A stretch of 64,000 nt of DNA from Vicinamibacteria bacterium (GTDB lineage Bacteria; Acidobacteriota; Vicinamibacteria; Marinacidobacterales; Marinacidobacteraceae), in assembly GCA_963422395.1 (NCBI GenBank), contig OY729431.1, positions 1,568,001 to 1,632,000 on the forward strand. The letters are read 5' to 3'. Position numbers and translations under genes: made by a program. This document shows, piece after piece, positions 57,492 through 64,000 of the stretch (within the stretch, counting starts at the first letter, position 1; each line of letters begins with the position of its first letter). Under the pieces are notes generated by a model, which ran no database searches, was not told the DNA's origin, and worked only from the letters and a program-made list of their open reading frames with translations.

Positions 57492-57932
57492 TCAGCTCTC
57501 GATCCGCGCCTTCATCTCGGCGAAGAACTCGCGCAGCACCCGCTCGGTTACCGGCTGCAGCAGCCGTGCGGCGAGCGCCGCCAAGGTTCCCCGCACCTGT
57601 ACCGAACCGGTCCAGTCGATGGCAGTGCCGCCCTCCACCTCACGGAGACGCAGCTCGCTGGTTCCGTCGATGGTGGTGCCCGGCCCCCGGCCCCGCATCT
57701 TCATGCGAGCCTCCTCGAGTTCCACGAGGTCGGTCCACTCGATGACGGTCTTCGCCTTGAGTCCCACCGTCCCGAGCTTCACCCCGCCCACGACCTCGAA
57801 CCGCTTTTCCGGCTCCAGGATGCGCACCGACTCCACGCCCGGAGTGCACCCAGCCACCGACTCGGCGTCGGTGACGAACTCCCAGACCCGCTCCCGCGGC
57901 GCGGCGATGATCTCGGTGCCCCTGATTTCCAT
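57492..57932 (-). CDS. coxG: CoxG / SRPBCC-family protein
   Basis: MEIRGTEIIAAPRERVWEFVTD...GCTPG; G.LAALAARLL..FF C-terminus. Confidence 0.8.
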   Translation of the reverse strand: MEIRGTEIIAAPRERVWEFVTDAESVAGCTPGVESVRILEPEKRFEVVGGVKLGTVGLKAKTVIEWTDLVELEEARMKMRGRGPGTTIDGTSELRLREVEGGTAIDWTGSVQVRGTLAALAARLLQPVTERVLREFFAEMKARIES

Positions 57933-58219
57933 CGCCGGATTCTACGGGACCGTCATTCCGAGCGGAGTACCGCGAGGATCCCCCGCGCCGCCCCGGCGGC
58001 ATCGGCCACGTCCGGTCGATGCCGCCGAGGAGGACGAAGCGCCCCGATACACGATGAGGAAGAGATGGAGCCACCGACAGAAAACGGAAGCCGTGATCCT
58101 CTCGAGCTCCTCCGACGGACCGGCGCCGCATCCGGTGCCGCATCCAAGATGGTCGGCTGCATTCGGGGAACTTCGCGCGCCGAACCGCGTACTCTCCCCG
58201 CACTGAGGCCTTCCGTACG

Positions 58220-60598
58220 ATGATCACTCTCCCCCTCCTTTTTCGCCTTCGGCTCGCGCTGGTGCTGGCCGTGCTGCCCGCCGCGGCCGAAGGCCGAGCC
58301 GCGGTATCGATAGCGGGCGCCGCCGCCGAGATCGTCGGCGAAGTCATGGACCCGCAGGGACTGCGGGTGCCGGGGGCCTCGGTGGTCCTCACCCTCGCGA
58401 GCGGCGAGGTACGGGAGACCACCAGCGACGAGGCGGGCTCCTTCCGCTTCTCCACCCTGCCGGAGGGACTCCACCGGCTGAATGTGGTTCGCCGCGGATT
58501 CGCCGACCGGACCGTCGAGATCACCGTCTCCGGGGACGGCGAGGTCCGCATCAGCATCCCGCTCACCGCGGCCTTCGCCGAGCGGATCACCGTCACCGGC
58601 CAACAACAGGAACGCTCCCTCCAGGAGGAACCGGTGAGCGTTGCCGTCGTGGACGGAGCGCAACTCGACGCCGGCACCGACACCGACCTCTATCGGTTGG
58701 TCGCCATGACTCCGAATGTCAACTCGTCTTCGGATGTCCGAGGCTTTTCGATCCGGGGGATCAGCCAGCAGGGCTTCGGGCCGGAGGGGGGCCTGCTGCT
58801 GAGCGTCCAGGTGGACGGCGCCGCCGTGCAGGGATACCAGGGTGCCTTCTTCGGCCCTTTCAGCACCTGGGACCTGGACCGGATCGAGATCTTCCGGGGA
58901 CCGCAGTCCACCCAGCAGGGGCGAAACGCACTCGCCGGGGCGATCGTGATGAAGAGCGCCGATCCGACCTACCGGACCTCGGTGCGGGTGAGGACGCGGC
59001 TCGGTAGTTCGGGGACGAATCAAGGCTCTGCGGTGGTGAACCTTCCCATCGCGGACGGCAAGGCGGCGTTCCGCCTCGCGGTGGACAACCGCAAGAGCGA
59101 CGGGTTCGTCGAGAACCCCACCCGCGGCGAAGACAGCTACGACTTCCGGGACTACCTCTCGATCCGGATGAAGGTGCGTTTCGACCCCAGCGACCGCTTT
59201 CGCGGCATGCTCACCTACCAGGCGACCGAGAGCCGCGGCGGCGACGGGACGATAGGCGTGGACCGCTTTCCCGGCGAACGGGTGAACATCTCGGATCACG
59301 CCGCCGAGGACGGTTCCGAACACCACGCAGTGACGCTGGACCTCGCCTACGACCTCAGCGGTTCGCTGTCTCTCGAATCCACCTCCAGCATCTACCAGCA
59401 CGACTACCGGCGCTCCGAGGATCTGGACCAGACCCCGGCTCCGGCCGGTGTCCTCGACTACACGACGGACGACGAGTGGGTCACCCAGGAGTTCGTCCTC
59501 CGTTACTCGGGGCCCGGCCAGCGGCGCGGAGTGCTGGGCCTCTACTTCGCCGATCTGACCGATACGCTGCATGCCGACGCCGCCGGCCCCGGAGAACTGG
59601 CCGGCCTTCCTCCGGGGTTCGTGCTGACCTCGTTCTTCGACACCGAGGAAACGACGCGCAACGCGGCCGTTTTCGGCGAGTTCGACCTGGGCTTGGCCGA
59701 AGCCTGGACCCTGACGCTGGGCGCCCGCTACGACCGAGAGCAACGGGAGACCGTCGACATCCAGGGGGTGGTTTCCGATCCGCCGTTGCCCCAGTTCCCG
59801 CTCGCTGGACCTCCGCAGGAACTGGCGGCGTCCTATCAGGCCTTCCTGCCCAAGGCGGCACTGACCCGAAAGTGGAACGAGCGCCTCTCCACCTCCGTCG
59901 GATGGCAGCGCGGCTACCGGGCCGGAGGACGCTCGATCTCGGTCCTCAGCCAGCGGGTCAGCGATTTCGATCCGGAGTTCACGAGCAATATCGAGTTCGC
60001 GCTGCGCGCCGCCGCCCCGGACCGCCGCTGGCACTTCGACGGAAACCTCTTCCACACCGACTGGACCGACCAGCAGGTGCGGGTCCTGACGGATCTGGGC
60101 CTCCCGGTGGACACCGTCACCGTCAACGCCGGGGAATCCACGGTCCGAGGGCTGGAGGTCCAGACCGGCTACTGGGTGGAACGGCGGCTACAGCTCTATG
60201 CGTCCGCCGGGCTGCTCAGCACGCGATTCGACGACTTCCGCGACGGGGAGCAGGACTTCACCGGAAACGAGTTTCCGCACGCTCCGGAGTGGTCCTGGCT
60301 GACCGGAGTCACCCTGCGGCTGGAAGATTCCTGGTCGGGGAACGCCGAGATCGCAGCGCAGGCGGACGCGTTTTCGGACCAGGAGAACGACGGTCGTTTC
60401 CGGGTCGGCGGACGTACCCTGGTGAACGCACGGTTCGGCTACCGGCGGGGGTCCCTCGGGGTGTTCGCCTTCGGCCGCAATCTGCTGGACGAGGCGTACC
60501 TGCTCTCCGCCTGGCAGCCCAGCGCACCGCTCTTCACTGCCCTCGGACGCGCCGGCGAGCCGCGGACGATCGGCATCGAGCTGGATCTGAGCTTCTGA
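58220..60598 (+). CDS. TonB-dependent receptor with N-terminal carboxypeptidase-regulatory-like domain
   Basis: G.V.DPQG..VPGASV, ERITVT, SIRGI, IEIFRGPQST..GRNALAG, GEPRTIG, terminal F. Confidence 0.95.
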   Translation: MITLPLLFRLRLALVLAVLPAAAEGRAAVSIAGAAAEIVGEVMDPQGLRVPGASVVLTLASGEVRETTSDEAGSFRFSTLPEGLHRLNVVRRGFADRTVEITVSGDGEVRISIPLTAAFAERITVTGQQQERSLQEEPVSVAVVDGAQLDAGTDTDLYRLVAMTPNVNSSSDVRGFSIRGISQQGFGPEGGLLLSVQVDGAAVQGYQGAFFGPFSTWDLDRIEIFRGPQSTQQGRNALAGAIVMKSADPTYRTSVRVRTRLGSSGTNQGSAVVNLPIADGKAAFRLAVDNRKSDGFVENPTRGEDSYDFRDYLSIRMKVRFDPSDRFRGMLTYQATESRGGDGTIGVDRFPGERVNISDHAAEDGSEHHAVTLDLAYDLSGSLSLESTSSIYQHDYRRSEDLDQTPAPAGVLDYTTDDEWVTQEFVLRYSGPGQRRGVLGLYFADLTDTLHADAAGPGELAGLPPGFVLTSFFDTEETTRNAAVFGEFDLGLAEAWTLTLGARYDREQRETVDIQGVVSDPPLPQFPLAGPPQELAASYQAFLPKAALTRKWNERLSTSVGWQRGYRAGGRSISVLSQRVSDFDPEFTSNIEFALRAAAPDRRWHFDGNLFHTDWTDQQVRVLTDLGLPVDTVTVNAGESTVRGLEVQTGYWVERRLQLYASAGLLSTRFDDFRDGEQDFTGNEFPHAPEWSWLTGVTLRLEDSWSGNAEIAAQADAFSDQENDGRFRVGGRTLVNARFGYRRGSLGVFAFGRNLLDEAYLLSAWQPSAPLFTALGRAGEPRTIGIELDLSF

Positions 60599-60659
60599 CG
60601 CCGCTCCACGACTTCGGGCGCGCGCGGATGGCCACCCGGATACCCTCCCCGGCGCGCCA

Positions 60660-63600
60660 ATGAACGAGCCGCCGGAGGCCTCGGAGTTTCTCGCCGACCT
60701 GCAGCTGCGCCTCCCGTGGCCCGACGCCGCGAAGCATGGCCTCGCGGCCGGCGTCCTCTCCACGTCTTCGAGACCTTCCACCGCAACTGGAACCACGAGC
60801 CGCGGCTCGACGCCGTCCTCCGCCACTTCCGCGCCGCCGCCCGCACGGCGGTCTGACAGCACCACCAGCGCCCGCATTTTCCGTGACCGGAAAACCGGAT
60901 TCCCCGGGTTCCCGGATTCTCCGACATTCCCGGAATTCATCGACAACCGCAACGGGAACACCCTGGCGAAAGCGCTCGACGCGCTGTTCGCTCCTCCCGA
61001 GGCTCCGGACGGCGAAACGACCCGCCCGCAAGACGAGAAGACGGACGACGGAACGACGGACGGCCCGCCCGCGACGGCGCGCATCGCCACCGCCTACTTC
61101 AACCCGGGCGGTTTCGCCCAGCTCGCCGGACGGCTCGCCGCGCTACCCGAGGTTCGCCTGCTGCTCGGCGCCGACCCGATGGAAGATTCGGAAACCGGCG
61201 TCCAGCGAACCCTCGGCCAGACGCCGGACGGCTTTCGATCCCGACAGGTCCAGGCCGGCCTCCGCCGGCTCGACTCCCGTCTGCGGCGCGCGCGGAACGA
61301 ACTGCCGTTCTCGAAGGCGGGCGCCGCCACCCGGAGGACGCTGCTCGCCGCCCTCGGCGGCGGCGGCAGCCTCGCAGTTCGCCGCTACGAGCGGGCGTTC
61401 CTCCACGCGAAGGCGTATCTGCTGACCGGCTCCGAGGATTCAGGCCCCGGCAAGGCGGGCCTCATCGCCGGATCCGCCAACTTCACCGCCGCCGGCCTGA
61501 CGACCAACCTGGAACTCGCCCTGGGCCGCTGCGACGCCCCCCAGGTCGAGCGGGCGAGGAACTGGTTCGACGAGCTCTGGGAAGAGGCCGAGCCGTACGA
61601 CCTGGCGGCGCTCTTCGAGGAACTGGACCCGCCCCGAACGCCCTGGGAAGTGTTCCTGCGGGTGCTCTTCCAGCTCTACGGCGACGAGGTGGAAGAAGAC
61701 GCCCGGGCGGACGAGAACCTGCCGCTCACCACCTTCCAGAAGCACGGCGCCGCCCGCGCGCTCCGGCTGATCGACGAAGTCGGCGGCGCCATCGTCGCCG
61801 ACGAAGTGGGCCTGGGCAAGACCTTCATCGCCGGAGAGATCCTCGAGCGCTACCGGGAACGGCGGCAGCGGGCGCTGCTCGTCTGTCCGGCCTCGCTGCG
61901 GGACAGCACCTGGAAGAGCTTCCTGACGAAGTACCAGATGTACGTCGAGTGCGTGTCGTTCGAGCAGCTCGCCGCCGACCGGCAGTTGTACGACGCCCGG
62001 TCGCGGCCCAACGCGAGGGGTGCGAACCTGCGCCCCCTCGACGAATACCAGTTGGTCGTCGTGGACGAAGCCCACAACTACCGGAATCCGCAGGCCCCCT
62101 ACCGCGCCGGCGCGCTCCGGACGCTCCTCTTCGGGAAGCGGCGCGATCTCCTCCTGCTCACCGCGACCCCGGTCAACAACTCGCTCTGGGACCTCTATCA
62201 CCTGATCCGCTTCTTCCTGCGCCAGGACTCCCGCCTGGCGTCCCGAGGCATTCGTTCCCTGCGGGACCGCTTCCGGCTGGCGATGCGGGACCCGTCGAAC
62301 CTGCATCCGGATGTCCTGTATCCGGTGATCGACGCCACCACCGTGAAACGCACCCGCCAGTTCGTGAAGAAACACTACGGCGGCGACACGATCGCGGGAC
62401 CCGACGGGGCGCCGCGCCCCATCGTCTTCCCCCGCCCGCAGGCGCTGAGCGTTCGCTACCGCCTCGACGACGCGCTCCCCGGGTCGTTCGACCGCGTGGA
62501 GGCTGCGCTCGATCCGGAGAGCGATGGCGGCATCCGGTTCGCCCGCTACCGGCCGGAGGCGTATCTCGCCGCGGCGCCGGAAGCAGGAGAACACGCCGCG
62601 GCGGCCGGACTCCTGCGCTCGGCGCTGCTGAAGCGCTTCGAATCGTCCGCTTTCGCCTTCCAGGAAACCACGAAACGGATGGTGGAGGGCCACGACCGGT
62701 TCCTGAAGGCCCTCGAGAAGGGCCGGGTGCTCACGACCGAAATCCTGAACGACCTGGGCGACGACGATGCCGCGCTCGAGGAACTGCTCGAGGGGCCCGG
62801 CGCCGGCGAGGACGCATCGCGCTACGACGCCGCGGCGCTCCGCGGCGCGGTACGGCGGGACCGCGAGATCCTCGTCGGGCTCACCGAAGAGGCAGCTCGG
62901 ATCCAACCCGAAGGCGACCCGAAACTCCGGGCGCTTTCCGCCGCGCTCGAACGAATCGTGCACGAGGCCCAAGACGAGGGCGTGAATCGGAAAGACGAGC
63001 GGCAGAAAGCGAAGGTCATCGTCTTCTCCTCCTTCGGAGACACGGTGTCCTGGATTCGGCGGTTCCTCGACCGGGAGGTTCAGACGAACCCCAGGCTCGC
63101 CGGGTATCGGAACCGCATCGCATCGGTGCGCGGATCGGCAGCGACGGACGACGACGAGGCGGGGGAGATGAACCGCTGGGAAGCGGCGCATGGCTTCGCC
63201 CCGGTTTCCATGGAAGCCGGTCCGGAGCCGGACCGCGACCGATACGACCTCCTCGTCTCCACCGACGTCCTCGCCGAGGGCGTCAACCTGCAGCAGTGCC
63301 GGAACATCATCAACTACGACCTGCCCTGGAACCCGATGCGGCTGGTCCAGCGGCACGGGCGGATCGACCGCATCGGCAGCCCCCACCGGGAGGTCTTCCT
63401 GAGGACCATCTTCCCGGCCGACCGGCTCGACGACCTCTTGAAGCTGGAGGGGCGCATTCTGCGCAAGCTGGCGATGGCGGCGGCGAGCGTCGGCGTGGCG
63501 CCGCCGATCGAAGGATCCGCCCAGGGTTCGCAGGTGTTCACCGAAACCCGGGAAGAGATCGAGCGGCTGCTGCGGGAGGACGCGGCGATCTACGAACGAG

Positions 63601-64000
63601 GCGGAACCGCGGCGGCGGCGCAGACGGGAGAGGAGTACCGGCAGACGCTCCGCAAGGCCCTGAAAGCGGACCGGGAACGGATCGTCGGTTTGCCGCGGCC
63701 GATCGGGTCCGGGATGGCCGCAGGCAGGCGCCGGGGAATGTTCTTCTGCGCGGTGGTGGGCCGCGGAGAGAAGGCGCTGGAGCGGACCTACCTGCGGTTC
63801 GTGCCCGCCGATGCGGAGTGGAGGATCGCGCCGAACGCGCCGATGGAGACCGAGACCGCCGCCTGCCTGCGGCTGATCGAGTGCGAAGAACAGACCCCGG
63901 CCTGGTTTCCCGAGTCCCTGCCCGCGCCGCCCACCGAATCGCCGCCGGAGTCCCTGGAAGACCGGGCTCACGGCTTGTGGGAACACGCCCGCCGGAACAT
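60660..64000 (+). CDS. PLD-like nuclease + SNF2/DEAH helicase fusion, 3' partial
   Basis: Absent from the ORF track because there is no stop in the window. Hand translation gives EFIDNRNG, IATAYFNPGG, FLHAKAY, GSANFT, ADEVGLGKT, VVDEAHNYRN, LTATPVNN, STDVLAEGVNLQ, YDLPWNPMRLVQRHGRIDRIGS. Start uncertain. Confidence 0.9.
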   Translation, partial: MNEPPEASEFLADLQLRLPWPDAAKHGLAAGVLSTSSRPSTATGTTSRGSTPSSATSAPPPARRSDSTTSARIFRDRKTGFPGFPDSPTFPEFIDNRNGNTLAKALDALFAPPEAPDGETTRPQDEKTDDGTTDGPPATARIATAYFNPGGFAQLAGRLAALPEVRLLLGADPMEDSETGVQRTLGQTPDGFRSRQVQAGLRRLDSRLRRARNELPFSKAGAATRRTLLAALGGGGSLAVRRYERAFLHAKAYLLTGSEDSGPGKAGLIAGSANFTAAGLTTNLELALGRCDAPQVERARNWFDELWEEAEPYDLAALFEELDPPRTPWEVFLRVLFQLYGDEVEEDARADENLPLTTFQKHGAARALRLIDEVGGAIVADEVGLGKTFIAGEILERYRERRQRALLVCPASLRDSTWKSFLTKYQMYVECVSFEQLAADRQLYDARSRPNARGANLRPLDEYQLVVVDEAHNYRNPQAPYRAGALRTLLFGKRRDLLLLTATPVNNSLWDLYHLIRFFLRQDSRLASRGIRSLRDRFRLAMRDPSNLHPDVLYPVIDATTVKRTRQFVKKHYGGDTIAGPDGAPRPIVFPRPQALSVRYRLDDALPGSFDRVEAALDPESDGGIRFARYRPEAYLAAAPEAGEHAAAAGLLRSALLKRFESSAFAFQETTKRMVEGHDRFLKALEKGRVLTTEILNDLGDDDAALEELLEGPGAGEDASRYDAAALRGAVRRDREILVGLTEEAARIQPEGDPKLRALSAALERIVHEAQDEGVNRKDERQKAKVIVFSSFGDTVSWIRRFLDREVQTNPRLAGYRNRIASVRGSAATDDDEAGEMNRWEAAHGFAPVSMEAGPEPDRDRYDLLVSTDVLAEGVNLQQCRNIINYDLPWNPMRLVQRHGRIDRIGSPHREVFLRTIFPADRLDDLLKLEGRILRKLAMAAASVGVAPPIEGSAQGSQVFTETREEIERLLREDAAIYERGGTAAAAQTGEEYRQTLRKALKADRERIVGLPRPIGSGMAAGRRRGMFFCAVVGRGEKALERTYLRFVPADAEWRIAPNAPMETETAACLRLIECEEQTPAWFPESLPAPPTESPPESLEDRAHGLWEHARRN
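60735..60856 (+). pseudogene. Probable 3' remnant of a type IIG/Eco57I-like R-M (N6-methyltransferase) gene
   Basis: HGL..L/(frameshift)HVFETFHRNWNHEPRLDAVLRHF* resembles, from recall, the C-terminal YGL...HIFETFH.GW...RL..VL.HF motif of methylases found beside PLD-helicases. Confidence 0.5.
60895..60938 (+). repeat. Five degenerate 9-bp units at the helicase 5' end, one of them 8 bp
   Basis: ccggattcc / ccgggttc / ccggattct / ccgacattc / ccggaattc. Confidence 0.7.

Noticed and set aside
57933-58219. Cobalamin or other riboswitch upstream of the TonB receptor
   Set aside because: No B12-box or other recognisable consensus by eye; an Rfam scan would be needed.
61440-63986. 848-aa minus-strand ORF
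   Set aside because: Antisense shadow of the plus-strand PLD-helicase.
1-64000. CRISPR array, rRNA, prophage or transposase genes
   Set aside because: No regularly spaced repeat-spacer pattern and no cas, phage, rRNA or transposase signatures were seen.

Overview
GC-rich bacterial chromosomal window. It is probably Acidobacteriota-like; this is inferred from an Acidobacterial-type VWA protein and the tatBC-ctpA-HEAT block. About 48 CDS and one tRNA-Val(CAC) are present. From left to right: two paralogous secreted Ig+LVIVD proteins around a VanZ gene; an ALDH / kinase-M23-aminotransferase / esterase / TDH-like / TlpA operon; tatB-tatC-ctpA-HEAT-TPR; ubiE/menG; a type IV minor-pilin/PilY1 cluster; tRNA-Val; a DUF3696-type ABC ATPase + PIN-like pair; a MeaB-Mce fusion with acyl-CoA dehydrogenase; a frameshifted amidohydrolase; an SSS transporter; a roughly 19 kb minus-strand run (form II coxSLM-coxDE-xdhC, AttEFH-like ABC/lipocalin, PuuD-like, TctCBA, MmgE/PrpD, CocE); VWA, acetamidase, serine hydrolase, coxG and a TonB-dependent receptor; and a PLD-SNF2 helicase running off the right edge. 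Signals outside the ORF track include a CTAG-flanked 169-bp MITE with two orphan left ends, a Fic remnant, a probable R-M gene 3' remnant, and several single-base indels that may be real or assembly errors. All family calls come from motif recognition only; no searches were run.
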